Shown here: positions 1 to 9,742 of the stretch, one piece after another
Layout: each line of letters opens with the position of its first letter
Position numbering within the stretch: the stretch's first letter is position 1
Assembly: GCA_964632315.1 (NCBI GenBank)
Contig: CAZWEM010000021.1
Location: 16,564 to 64,049 of the forward strand
Direction of reading: 5' to 3'
DNA length: 47,486 nucleotides
Source of the DNA: an uncultured archaeon
GTDB taxonomy: Archaea; Asgardarchaeota; Lokiarchaeia; Sigyniarchaeales; SOKP01
Position numbers and translations under genes: made by a program
Notes under the pieces: model-generated
Database searches by the model: none
Told to the model about the DNA's origin: nothing
Seen by the model: the letters and a program-made list of their open reading frames with translations, nothing else

Positions 1-23
1 GAAAATATATAGCACAAAATCAT

Positions 24-95
24 GGGCTCATGGTCTAGTCGTATGACGTCCGCTTGACGTGCGGAAGGTCGGGAGTTCAAATCTCCCTGGGCCCA
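24..95 (+). tRNA. tRNA-Val(GAC)
   Basis: Cloverleaf: acceptor GGGCTCA/TGGGCCC, anticodon stem TCCGC/GCGGA with loop TTGACGT, T-arm GGGAG-TTCAAAT-CTCCC; discriminator A, no encoded CCA. Confidence 0.96.
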
Positions 96-122
96 TTTAA
101 TTATTGAATAAAGGAAGTAAAC

Positions 123-602
123 ATGCCATTAAAAATACGTTGGACTTCGAAAGAATATATCCCTTTCGCAATTTTGCTTTTTTCTGCTTGTGGATTTTTT
201 CAAGTATTGTATATTTATCTCGGACAATACGTCCTTGATGTTGGAAACTACCTTATCGTTATCTTAATTCCAACAGGTGTTGTTGTGGCATTATTTTTTG
301 CTTCAATTATAATTTTTGAAGCATATGCTCAAGTTGAACGAAATCAAAGATTAAGAAAACAATTTAAAAAATCTAAAGGATATTCTTCTCGCATAAAAAG
401 TTTCTTGTACTTTCCGATTGTAAGACCCTTGCTTATAACTTTTATCTTTTTTACCGTGTTCTTCTTTGTGATCTATTCTATAAGCTTAATTTTTGTAAGT
501 CCTCAAGATTCATATTTAATTGCAGAAGTTAGCTCGGCAATAGTGTGTTTATTAATAGCTAATCTGTTTGAAAAAAATTATGCTAAAGTTCGTCGTTTCT
601 AA
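123..602 (+). CDS. hypothetical membrane protein (about 4 TM helices, basic central loop)
   Basis: 159-aa ORF with four hydrophobic segments; starts 27 nt after tRNA-Val; no recognisable motif. Confidence 0.75.
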   Translation: MPLKIRWTSKEYIPFAILLFSACGFFQVLYIYLGQYVLDVGNYLIVILIPTGVVVALFFASIIIFEAYAQVERNQRLRKQFKKSKGYSSRIKSFLYFPIVRPLLITFIFFTVFFFVIYSISLIFVSPQDSYLIAEVSSAIVCLLIANLFEKNYAKVRRF

Positions 603-736
603 TTGATAACAAAAATAATAAATATCCCCCCTTTTTATGAATCTATTATAGACTAATTCAAGCGATAACTCAATATTTAAATAATGCTTTATCTCTAAAT
701 TATTCAATGAGAAAGAAATAGGTAAAATATTTCATC

Positions 737-1576
737 ATGGTAAAAGTTGAGGTTCGTTGTCCAAAGTGTTCAAAACGAAATAAAATTGAAGTTTTAGAAG
801 AAGAAGTAAAAAATACAACGAGAGGCTTATACGCGGTAAATGTTTCTGAAGGAATTGTATGTGAACATTCCTTTGTTGCATATTTAGACAAGAATTTAGT
901 GGTAAGAGACACATTTATTGCAGATTTTCAGATAACTCTACCAGACACACCTGAATCGCAGAAAGAAGATGAACCTAAACTAACAGATAATATAGATATA
1001 GATCTCATAAAAATTAATCTCACTGCCTCTACGATTGCTTTTATCCTCAGAGCGATGTTATTTAAGAAAAAGATCATCATAATTTCTGACAAGGAGTTCT
1101 TAGGGGATCATCTGTTAAATCTATTCAAATTTGTGACCTCTGAAGCATTTGATGTTGACTTATCACTGATCCCTATGGATCAATATAATATTTCCAATTA
1201 TGGTGATCACATTGCTATCAAGGGTATTGAGATCATAAAAGATGATGACAAGATCATTGATCCTAAAAAGTTAAAGATGGAAAGAACAATTACTCAAGCA
1301 TTTTTAAATGAGGTGGATCCAAAGTCTAGCATGTTGAACTTAAAAAAAGAAATTAAGCAAATATATGATTTATCTTCCTCGATTGCAGATATAGTAAACA
1401 ACTTAAAGAAGAGTGAAAAACTTTATTCAAAAACTCTAATCGAAAAATTAAAGGATAGCCATAACGTTAAAGTTCAAATGCCTTATTTGGATTACTTGAT
1501 AGGAGTTGCGGAACATTATTTTAATGTAAAAGTCCCACTTTCTTCAAATATCTCTAATTTTCTTGGAACACTATAA
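737..1576 (+). CDS. Zn-ribbon (CPxC...CxH) protein with possible DENN-like C-terminal domain
   Basis: N-terminal CPKC...CEHSFVAYLDKN; segment ILRAMLFKKKIIIISD resembles the cDENN helix-strand pattern (by eye only). Confidence 0.6.
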   Translation: MVKVEVRCPKCSKRNKIEVLEEEVKNTTRGLYAVNVSEGIVCEHSFVAYLDKNLVVRDTFIADFQITLPDTPESQKEDEPKLTDNIDIDLIKINLTASTIAFILRAMLFKKKIIIISDKEFLGDHLLNLFKFVTSEAFDVDLSLIPMDQYNISNYGDHIAIKGIEIIKDDDKIIDPKKLKMERTITQAFLNEVDPKSSMLNLKKEIKQIYDLSSSIADIVNNLKKSEKLYSKTLIEKLKDSHNVKVQMPYLDYLIGVAEHYFNVKVPLSSNISNFLGTL

Positions 1577-1633
1577 CATTTAAATATAAGATTTTCATTA
1601 TAAAACTCAAAAGATAAAACTAGATTTGAAGCT

Positions 1634-2440
1634 ATGAATAGTAGTGAGATAAATAAAGATCACCATAAAGAAGAAAATCAAAAAATAGGGGATCTTCAAA
1701 AAAGTGATAAAAGAGCCATCATTAATTTATTTAAATATCCCCTTTTTCTTATCGGGTTAGTTATCACGGCATTATTTATCATTATCTCCATTTTTCCTAA
1801 CATAATGACTCCTTATTCGATTGATGAAACTTTAAGTGTATATACTGGATCGTGGAATCCTCCAAGTAATGATCATCCTTTAGGAACTGCTAAATTTGGA
1901 AGGGATGTGCTTGCTTTATTAATATATGGTCTTCGGCCTTCATTGCTAGTGCCAATTTTTATCACTCTCATCGCATTTATTGGAGGGTTCTTTTTTTGGT
2001 ATCTCGATACACAACGAAAATTGATTAGAAATATGGTTATTTGTGCATTCTTAATTCTATTTTTTGTTGCATATTGGATTATACAATTTTTTTGGGGATT
2101 TAATATTGTATTTACTGAGATAATGATTTTAGGGTTTCTATTCATGTTCTTAGTCTTCTTTTTAATATTTAATAGAAATAAGGATTTGAAGTCAATATTA
2201 AAAGAATTCCTCATTTACTTCCCATTAGTGCTTGTTATAACAATTCTGATTATAGAGTTTCAAGCATTTCTTGGAAATGATGATGGTTTAATTCACCTGG
2301 GGAGTCAGATTTCTGACGGTCGAGTATATATAGATTCAAATCCTTTTGCTTTTGTTTCTCCCCTGCTTACCTTGATTATTATGATATTAGGATTTTTATT
2401 CTTATACTTAGGATTAAAAAAGTACATTCCAGCAAAATAA
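1634..2440 (+). CDS. OppC/DppC-like peptide ABC permease, degenerate and orphan
   Basis: PPSNDHPLGTAKFGRDVLALLIYGLRPSL and FLG...LGSQISDGRVYI...P match OppC patterns; EAA loop not visible; no partner ABC genes nearby. Confidence 0.75.
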   Translation: MNSSEINKDHHKEENQKIGDLQKSDKRAIINLFKYPLFLIGLVITALFIIISIFPNIMTPYSIDETLSVYTGSWNPPSNDHPLGTAKFGRDVLALLIYGLRPSLLVPIFITLIAFIGGFFFWYLDTQRKLIRNMVICAFLILFFVAYWIIQFFWGFNIVFTEIMILGFLFMFLVFFLIFNRNKDLKSILKEFLIYFPLVLVITILIIEFQAFLGNDDGLIHLGSQISDGRVYIDSNPFAFVSPLLTLIIMILGFLFLYLGLKKYIPAK

Positions 2441-2502
2441 GAATCTTTAAATTAGAATTTCGTGAAATCTACCTTTCACGAACTTTCATCATATTGCATT
2501 TC

Positions 2503-3345
2503 TTATTTATTAAGTGATTTTACTAAATTCTCTACGTTTTCTCTGCCCATAACGTTTTTTTCAAAGTCTCCCTCAATTGGATTAAACCCAAGGAATAATA
2601 ATTTTAATTTATTTAACTTTTCGAGACCTCTAATTTCAGTAATTTGATTCGAATCTAAATATAACGATTCGAGATTGACCAAATTCTCCAAACCTTCGAT
2701 CTTAGTAATTTTATTATCCTCGAGTTTTAAATGTTCAAGATTTACTAAGTTATCTAAACCTTTAATTTCGGCTATCAAATTGTGATCTAAATGTAACATT
2801 GTAAGATTAATTGACTTATTTAGACCAGTAATTTCTTTAATTTGATTACGACTAAAAATTAGCACTTGAAGATTGTGTAATTTGTCTAAACCTCTAATAT
2901 TTTCAATTTGATTCCCTCTAAGATCTAAACGGAGGAGATTTAATAATGAGTCTAATCCTTTAAGCTCGGATATCTTATTCTCATTAAGTTCCAACCAGAT
3001 TAGATTAGTTAGATAATCCAATCCATTGAGTTCTGTGATTTCACATCTATTTAGAAATAATCTATCAAGATTCTTGAATGATTCCAGACCTCCCAAATCC
3101 TTGATATGATTGTTATTAGCAAATAATTGCTGGATCTGAGGAATTACATCCAAACCATTTAAATCTGTCAATATATTGTTCGAAAGATCGATGCTCTCGA
3201 CTTTTTTTAACTTCTCTAAGCCTTTAATCTCGGATATTTCCTTAATTTCTAAATCTGTAAGATTTAACCTTAAAAGACCAATGGCTTCTTTTACTTCATA
3301 TTTTTTACCATTAACCTTTACTGATCCATATCCCATTTTATGCAC
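2503..3345 (-). CDS. leucine-rich repeat protein, SDS22-like 22-residue repeats
   Basis: About 10 tandem LxxLxLxxNxIxxIxGLxxLxx repeats; ATG at 3336 is a plausible true start. Confidence 0.92.
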   Translation of the reverse strand: MHKMGYGSVKVNGKKYEVKEAIGLLRLNLTDLEIKEISEIKGLEKLKKVESIDLSNNILTDLNGLDVIPQIQQLFANNNHIKDLGGLESFKNLDRLFLNRCEITELNGLDYLTNLIWLELNENKISELKGLDSLLNLLRLDLRGNQIENIRGLDKLHNLQVLIFSRNQIKEITGLNKSINLTMLHLDHNLIAEIKGLDNLVNLEHLKLEDNKITKIEGLENLVNLESLYLDSNQITEIRGLEKLNKLKLLFLGFNPIEGDFEKNVMGRENVENLVKSLNK

Positions 3346-3473
3346 TTCCTTAAGAAGAATATAATTTACAATCTGTCTTAATATTTGAATGCTTGTTATT
3401 GGCCTTATAATTTGTAACTTGATTAAAAAAAGGAATATTAAACTTTAAAAATACTAAGCTTTAAATTTGTAAT

Positions 3474-4307
3474 ATGGAGTTCAATCAATTAATTTATGAA
3501 GAGAAAGAAAATGTTGCTTGGATAACTTTAAACAGACCACAAGTAATGAACGCATTAAGCATGAGACTATCAGATGAGTTGGTACTTGCTATCGAAGAAG
3601 TACGAAAATCCACTAAATTAAAGTTTCTCGTGATAAAGGGAGCTGGAGGTAATTTTTGTGTCGGTGATGACATAAAAGAGATGATAAATTGGGGGGACGC
3701 AAATGATATTATGCGCCGAGTGAGATTTTATCAGAATATGGCTAACCAACTAGAGGAATTAGATAAAATTACGATTGCTGCGGTAGATGGATATACTGTA
3801 GGTGGGGGTCTTGAAATTACGATGGTCTGTGATTTCGTGATAGCAACTGAACGAGCAAAATGGGGAATGCCAGAGGTAGATGTAGGAATAACTCCTGGAT
3901 GGGGTGGTACGACTCGTTTGGCTCGATTAATCGGTCGGAGGAGAGTAAAAGAAATAAACCTCATTGGAGCCTTACATCCTGCAAAAAAAGCTGTTGATTG
4001 GGATCTCTGGAATCGTGTAGTTCCTAATGATGAATTGGATTCAGAAGTAAATAAATTATTGGAAGTATTGAAGTCTAAAAATCAACAAGGGTTAAGACAG
4101 TTAAAATTTATAATTAATCGAGGAATTGAAGCAGATCTTTATACATCTCAAGGATTTGAAGTATTATCAGGAGGATTGATAGGAGCTGTTAATGGAATGT
4201 GGCAAGTTAAGGATGCTGACAAAGGGGATGGGATCCAGGCATTTGCATCGAAAAGTAAATTATGGGATATACGAAGAAAGCTCGCAAAGAATTTCTGGAC
4301 TGACTAA
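3474..4307 (+). CDS. enoyl-CoA hydratase/isomerase (crotonase family)
   Basis: ITLNRPQVMNAL, FCVGDDI, GGGLE and GMPE (both catalytic Glu), PGWGGT. Confidence 0.93.
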   Translation: MEFNQLIYEEKENVAWITLNRPQVMNALSMRLSDELVLAIEEVRKSTKLKFLVIKGAGGNFCVGDDIKEMINWGDANDIMRRVRFYQNMANQLEELDKITIAAVDGYTVGGGLEITMVCDFVIATERAKWGMPEVDVGITPGWGGTTRLARLIGRRRVKEINLIGALHPAKKAVDWDLWNRVVPNDELDSEVNKLLEVLKSKNQQGLRQLKFIINRGIEADLYTSQGFEVLSGGLIGAVNGMWQVKDADKGDGIQAFASKSKLWDIRRKLAKNFWTD

Positions 4308-4352
4308 AAAAAACGAGTTAACATATAATTTTAAATATATATCAAATCTTAA

Positions 4353-4997
4353 ATGAGAATAACTATGGATTTTATAGAAGAAATTGTAGAGTTAAATGAA
4401 AATAGGGTAAATGAATTAGTAAAAGAACGTCTTCATAATAATGAGGATCCACTCAAGATTATGGATGATGTTAGAGAAGCGATGAAAATTATTGGAGAAA
4501 AGTTCAGTAAAAAAGAGTATTTTTTACCTGAATTAATTATGTCTGGGGAAATTTTACGACAAGTTTTTGAAGAAATAGGACCAAAACTAAAGGAATCACA
4601 GATGAGTGAAGGCAAGAAAGGAAAAATAGTAATAGGAACGGTATTTGGTGATATTCATGACATTGGAAAGGATGTTGTTAAATTTATGTTAGATGCAAAT
4701 GGATTTGAAGTGATCGATTTAGGAGTGGATGTTCCAGCTAATAAGTTTATAGACAGTTTAAAGGAGTATAAGCCAAATGTATTAGCTCTGAGTGGATTTT
4801 TAACACTCGCTTTCGATTCTATGAAGGAAATTATCGATAAGTTAAAAACAGTTGGCTTGAGAGAAAGCATAAAAATTATGATTGGTGGAGGTACTATTGA
4901 TGAAAGAATCTTGGATTATGTCGGAGCAGATGCATACGGACAGAGTGCAGTTGATGCCGTAAATATAGCAACTAAATGGATGGAGGGTAGAACATAA
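4353..4997 (+). CDS. corrinoid (B12-binding) methyl-acceptor protein, MtaC/MtbC-like
   Basis: Cap domain (EYFLPELIMSGE) plus GDIHDIGK (DxHxxG), DLGVDVP, LSG, IGGG. Confidence 0.94.
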   Translation: MRITMDFIEEIVELNENRVNELVKERLHNNEDPLKIMDDVREAMKIIGEKFSKKEYFLPELIMSGEILRQVFEEIGPKLKESQMSEGKKGKIVIGTVFGDIHDIGKDVVKFMLDANGFEVIDLGVDVPANKFIDSLKEYKPNVLALSGFLTLAFDSMKEIIDKLKTVGLRESIKIMIGGGTIDERILDYVGADAYGQSAVDAVNIATKWMEGRT

Positions 4998-6295
4998 TGA
5001 ATGTAGAAAAATTATATGAAGAAAGAGTTCAAAGAGTGAGAGATACAGTAGCATTAAAAGAACCCGATCGCGTACCGATTGCACCATGGACGGATATATT
5101 TTTTCCAGCAATACAAGTAGGCATGAATCATAAGCAAGCGATGTATAAAGGCAAGAAATATGCTAAAGCTTGTACTAAAGTATATAGTAGATATGATTGG
5201 GATCTTTATCCCCCGTTACTTGTAGCAGGTTTAGGTAAATTGTTTGATGGAATAGGACATACTATGATAAAATGGCCGGGAGCAGCAAATCCAGAACTTC
5301 GTTTAGGGGATAATCAGCCTTATCAATATATAGAAAAAGCATGGATGGAAGCAAGTGACTACGAAGAATTGTTAAAAGATCCTACAGGATTTTTACTTCG
5401 AAACACTATTCCTGCCCAGAATACATCTCTAAGTATTTTCAAAAAATTTCCTCAAATCTCAGATATGGCCATGATGTTTAATGGAGCCCTCTTCTTCTTT
5501 TTTTTCATTGATAAAGATCTAAAGAAGTTAATTAAAAGATATAAGAGGACATTATTGAAAATGATTGGTGGATTAATAGGAATGGGAAGTTACGTTAAAA
5601 AAATGAAAAAAATGGGAAATCCTGTTTCGGGAGAATGTGTTTTAGGACAAGCACCATTTGACATGGTATCTGATAGCTTAAGAGGGATGCGGGGAGCTAT
5701 GATGGATATGTATCGAAATCCTGAGGAATTAAAAGCAACATGTGATCGTTTAGTTGAACCAAGTTTATCAGCAATGGAGACCTCACCTTTAAAAATCGGA
5801 AGTCCCGATGAAAATACAGTTGCTCTATCCTTTATACCATTACATAGGGGTGCCGATGGATTCATGTCGAATGATCAATTTGAAGAGTTTTACTGGCCTT
5901 CTTTAAGTAAGCTCATGGATGGGATGATTAAAAAGAATATAATTCCCATGCCCTTTTTTGAGGGTAGATATAATGATCGCTTAGAATTTCTAGCTGAATT
6001 TGCTAAAAAACATAGAGCTAAAGCAGTTTACTGGTTCCATGATACTGACATTATTAAAGTTAAAGAAATCATGGGTGACTACGTAACTATTAAAGGAAAT
6101 GTTCCCGCTTCTTTATTAGTTGGAGGACCCCCTTCAGCTGTTGAAGAATACGTAAAAAAGTCAATTGAAGGATGCATGGAAGGTGGAGGGTATATAGTAG
6201 ACGGTGGAGTTTCTGGTATACCCAATGAAGCTACTCATGAGAACGTGAAAGCCATGACGGATGCAGTACATAAATATGGGGTTTACCGAAAATAA
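4997..6295 (+). CDS. uroporphyrinogen decarboxylase-fold protein, probable corrinoid-dependent methyltransferase
   Basis: EPDRVP N-terminus, MMDMYRNPEEL, FMSNDQFEEFYWP, GNVP, GGGYI; start overlaps the stop of the corrinoid gene. Confidence 0.85.
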   Translation: MNVEKLYEERVQRVRDTVALKEPDRVPIAPWTDIFFPAIQVGMNHKQAMYKGKKYAKACTKVYSRYDWDLYPPLLVAGLGKLFDGIGHTMIKWPGAANPELRLGDNQPYQYIEKAWMEASDYEELLKDPTGFLLRNTIPAQNTSLSIFKKFPQISDMAMMFNGALFFFFFIDKDLKKLIKRYKRTLLKMIGGLIGMGSYVKKMKKMGNPVSGECVLGQAPFDMVSDSLRGMRGAMMDMYRNPEELKATCDRLVEPSLSAMETSPLKIGSPDENTVALSFIPLHRGADGFMSNDQFEEFYWPSLSKLMDGMIKKNIIPMPFFEGRYNDRLEFLAEFAKKHRAKAVYWFHDTDIIKVKEIMGDYVTIKGNVPASLLVGGPPSAVEEYVKKSIEGCMEGGGYIVDGGVSGIPNEATHENVKAMTDAVHKYGVYRK

Positions 6296-6566
6296 ATTTT
6301 TTTAAGAATAAAATTCCTTTTCTTATCTTTAAACCTTGAAATAAAAATTAGATTTTCATTACCATGAAAAAAAATGCTTTTTTTTATATTTGGACATCTC
6401 GCGAGAAAGCAATATCTTATTTTGTTATCGATCGTGCAAAATAATTATAATCAACCGAATTCTTTATTATGGAGGCAATAACGAACAATGAATCACTTCC
6501 TTTCATTTCAGGTGATACATTTGTAGATATAACTCATAAGGCACAAAATCCTCTTGATTTATGTGA

Positions 6567-7517
6567 TTACACATAAGTAAGAGTCACATTTAGCGTAATA
6601 ACCGATATGATTAAAAATAATATAACGATCGCGAGGGGTAATATCATAATAGTATAACCATACTTTGTTTGATCTAAATGCGTCCTTTTGTGAATGTAGT
6701 AATAAAGCAACGAACTGAATCCAATACCGAAAACAACGAATAATACAAACACAACGATTAAACCAATTTTATTTCCATATCTGTCGGGAGTAAAGTTATA
6801 ACCAAAGTGAAGTGGAATTATTTGTGGTAATTGAAAGTATACAACTAAGAAATAGATTAAACCTATGAGGGAAAGAACAATTGAAACAATAAATAAAGAT
6901 AAAGCAAATTTTATGTCTCTAGTTGAACTTTTTGATGATTTAAATGGTATTTTATCTGTTGTTATCTGTAGTGCCATTTTTTCATTTAAATTTTTAAAAG
7001 CATTCAAAAACTCTTCCTCCTCACTTGGAGAGATTCCATAGAATTTTTTATTCCCATGATTGGTTTCAACAAACAAAAGATGATCTAACTTAGTCACATA
7101 TAAGGAAACGGTTTCAAAATTACCTTCGATCAAGTATTTAAATTTTCCCATTAAATATCCCGGCAATCCTACACCTCCTATTCTAATACCTTCGTAATCA
7201 TTAGTTTCAGGTCTAATTATTCTTTTAACGTTATTAATGGGGATTTTTGTAGTTTTTAATCCCCACTTGATTAAAAGAAATTCATTTGATAAGAGATATT
7301 CCATTTCATAATAGGCATAGATTAAATATACGAAGATAGCTATTATCGCTACAAAAATCCCTAGTAGAAGTATTGAAATGTGAATACTATTAATGCTAGG
7401 ATAGGTAAAAACTGAAATTATGATTAATAGAATAGCCATTCCTATAGTTGTACCAATTAGAAACTTACCACCATTTGATTTTGCTGTTTTAAATACTAAA
7501 TATTCTGACATTATCAT
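6567..7517 (-). CDS. membrane protein with bacterial PH-like domain and DUF1648-like domain
   Basis: Two TM helices, GIRIGGVGLPGYLMGKF (bPH-type), then LPQIIPLHFG...PDRYGNK (DUF1648 pattern) within three further TM helices. Confidence 0.78.
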   Translation of the reverse strand: MIMSEYLVFKTAKSNGGKFLIGTTIGMAILLIIISVFTYPSINSIHISILLLGIFVAIIAIFVYLIYAYYEMEYLLSNEFLLIKWGLKTTKIPINNVKRIIRPETNDYEGIRIGGVGLPGYLMGKFKYLIEGNFETVSLYVTKLDHLLFVETNHGNKKFYGISPSEEEEFLNAFKNLNEKMALQITTDKIPFKSSKSSTRDIKFALSLFIVSIVLSLIGLIYFLVVYFQLPQIIPLHFGYNFTPDRYGNKIGLIVVFVLFVVFGIGFSSLLYYYIHKRTHLDQTKYGYTIMILPLAIVILFLIISVITLNVTLTYV

Positions 7518-7847
7518 TCAACGTTAGATCTTAATTTTATAAGTTCTAATTAACATAGAAAAATTGGAATATTAAAGCGGAACTACTTTAAATTGAAAGA
7601 AAATTGAAGATAATTTAATATCTTGAATTAAAATATCAAAAATTAAGCTAATTTTTATTAATATATTTCAGATAGTGGATTATCTCATCAGCTTTAATAA
7701 TTACGTTCTATTTTACTTATTTGCTTAAATTAACTAATTCAAAGTATAACTTCTAAACGCATTCAACGAAAATGAAGTTTTTTTTAATATTGATCATTGT
7801 ATGATCGAAAGCAAACATTTTTATGATCGTTTTTCTTATTATTATTT

Positions 7848-8042
7848 ATGGAATCAAAAAGTAGAATAAAACCAAATTGGTTTATTACTCGTGAGGAAGA
7901 GTCATCTACAAAGATTTGCCCTGATTGCGGGGAAATAATGAATAAGGTCCTTCATACTCCTAAAAATAAGCCAGTTCTTTATCAATGTTCGAAATGTGGT
8001 AAAATTTCACCAGGTTATTATTTCGGATTATCAGATCTTTAG
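7848..8042 (+). CDS. small Zn-ribbon protein
   Basis: 64 aa with CPDCG and CSKCG; TATA-like TTTTTATG about 30 nt upstream, consistent with a leaderless transcript. Confidence 0.7.
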   Translation: MESKSRIKPNWFITREEESSTKICPDCGEIMNKVLHTPKNKPVLYQCSKCGKISPGYYFGLSDL

Positions 8043-8183
8043 TTATTATGCTGATCCATTAATTGATTCTTTTTCAGAGAGAAGTATTATAAGCATACTT
8101 CATAAACGATTCCCTTAAACATCCTTAAAGCTATAAATCGATAATAAAAAAGAAAAATTTTTTTTAGATATATAGTTTAGTTT

Positions 8184-8822
8184 TTATGTTTTTTCTAGTT
8201 TTCCAAGTAGAAAGAGTATTAATAAGATTGTTCCAACTATTGCTGCAATAATTGCCATCCATATTATGCCAGTAAGGTAAGCTATAACGAAATAGCCAAG
8301 ATTTAAATCTCCAAATAGTGTCCACCAATTACCATTTACAAACACAATGATTAGGAAGGCAATAATCGTTAGAAAACTAAAGCCTCCACCACCCCCACTT
8401 CTTTTCATTCGTTTCTTTCGATGTTCTTTCCTATCTTCTTGTTTCATCCAGATTTTTAATGTACTTTTTTCATCATTGGATAAGATTTTCCACCAAGAAA
8501 CACCAGCAATTATCCCAAAGTAGCCCACAGTTGGAAGGACTACTATAAGTAGCATCCAGAGAATCAAAAGAACTGCGATTAAAACCACGGTACCTACTGA
8601 AAATTGGTCAAAAGTCCACGTTGCAATGGCACCCGATGACGGAGTTCCCGTGTTGTCGATAAATGTCAGAATTACAAGGATAAATCCAATGAAAGCCCCC
8701 ACTACTCCTATAATCACTAATACAAGCAAGTACCAATATTTTTTTATAAGACCATAAAAAAACTGCTTGACATTATCCACTACATTTTGAGCTGTTTTTT
8801 CTATATCTTCAATATCACTCAT
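8184..8822 (-). CDS. hypothetical 4-TM membrane protein with poly-Gly linker (paralogue 1)
   Basis: Start moved to MSDIEDIEK (ATG 8822) to match paralogue 2; basic stretch followed by SGGGGG. Confidence 0.85.
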   Translation of the reverse strand: MSDIEDIEKTAQNVVDNVKQFFYGLIKKYWYLLVLVIIGVVGAFIGFILVILTFIDNTGTPSSGAIATWTFDQFSVGTVVLIAVLLILWMLLIVVLPTVGYFGIIAGVSWWKILSNDEKSTLKIWMKQEDRKEHRKKRMKRSGGGGGFSFLTIIAFLIIVFVNGNWWTLFGDLNLGYFVIAYLTGIIWMAIIAAIVGTILLILFLLGKLEKT

Positions 8823-9100
8823 TATACAATATCTCTTGTATATTTTATTTTTAATTCGAAAAAACATAAGGTTAGGTAATTATAAAAAGATTAGCTTTAT
8901 AATTAATTATCTAACTCATTAGAAAATTACAGATTTATGAGAAATAAATTGATATCAATTAAGAGGAGCAAAAGAAAAAGAATGTACTATTAAATTCTTT
9001 TAGAATTAAATTTAAAATATAACCAAATTAGTTTATTGCGTCAGAAAGAGATCTACGTATAACAATAAAAAAATATAATAAAAAAATAAATAATTTAATA

Positions 9101-9742
9101 TTATTTTTGCTTCCATATTTTTCCTGTAAGAAAAAGGATTAAAAATACGACACCAACTATTGCAGCGATTATAGCTAGCCAGATAAAGATCCATAGATAT
9201 ATAGTTACGAAATAAATAACATTTAAATCTCCAAATGGTGTCCACCAGTTCCCTTGAGCTAGTACAACAAGCAGGAAAATAATGTTGATGAAGAAGCTAA
9301 ATCCTCCGCCTCCACCTCCATGTTTCATCCGCTTCTTTCGCTTCTCTTTTCTATCTTCTCGTTTCATCCAGACCTTTAAAGTTGCTTTCTCATCAGCAGA
9401 TAATACTACCCACCAAAAAATTCCTACAATTGTCCCGAAATATCCTACTGTGGGGAGAATTACTAATAGCAAAATCCACGCAATCAAGAGTAAGCAGATT
9501 AATACTACGGCACCAACGGAAAAGTCATTAAAAGTCCATATTGCAATGACACCCAATGAGGGTATTCCATTGTTATTCAAAAATGTTAAAATGACGAGTA
9601 TTATGCCTATAAATGCACCTGCCAGCCCAATTGCTAAAAGGATAAGTAAATACCAATGCTTTCGCAAAAATCCTTGAAAAAATTCTTTAACATTATCCAC
9701 GACATCTTGAGCTGCTTTTTCTACATCCTCTATATCACTCAT
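9101..9742 (-). CDS. hypothetical 4-TM membrane protein with poly-Gly linker (paralogue 2)
   Basis: Aligns over full length with 8184..8822 (MSDIED, WTF, LPTVGYFG, GGGGGFSF, GNWWT.FGDLN). Confidence 0.87.
   Translation of the reverse strand: MSDIEDVEKAAQDVVDNVKEFFQGFLRKHWYLLILLAIGLAGAFIGIILVILTFLNNNGIPSLGVIAIWTFNDFSVGAVVLICLLLIAWILLLVILPTVGYFGTIVGIFWWVVLSADEKATLKVWMKREDRKEKRKKRMKHGGGGGGFSFFINIIFLLVVLAQGNWWTPFGDLNVIYFVTIYLWIFIWLAIIAAIVGVVFLILFLTGKIWKQK

Noticed and set aside
2503-3345. 66-nt periodicity resembling a CRISPR-like array
   Set aside because: Explained by 22-residue LRR coding repeats; no identical repeats with unique spacers and no cas genes.
6296-6566. Short open frames (about 35-40 codons) and possible ncRNA in the convergent gap
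   Set aside because: No recognisable motif, promoter or stable structure; cannot support a gene or pseudogene call.
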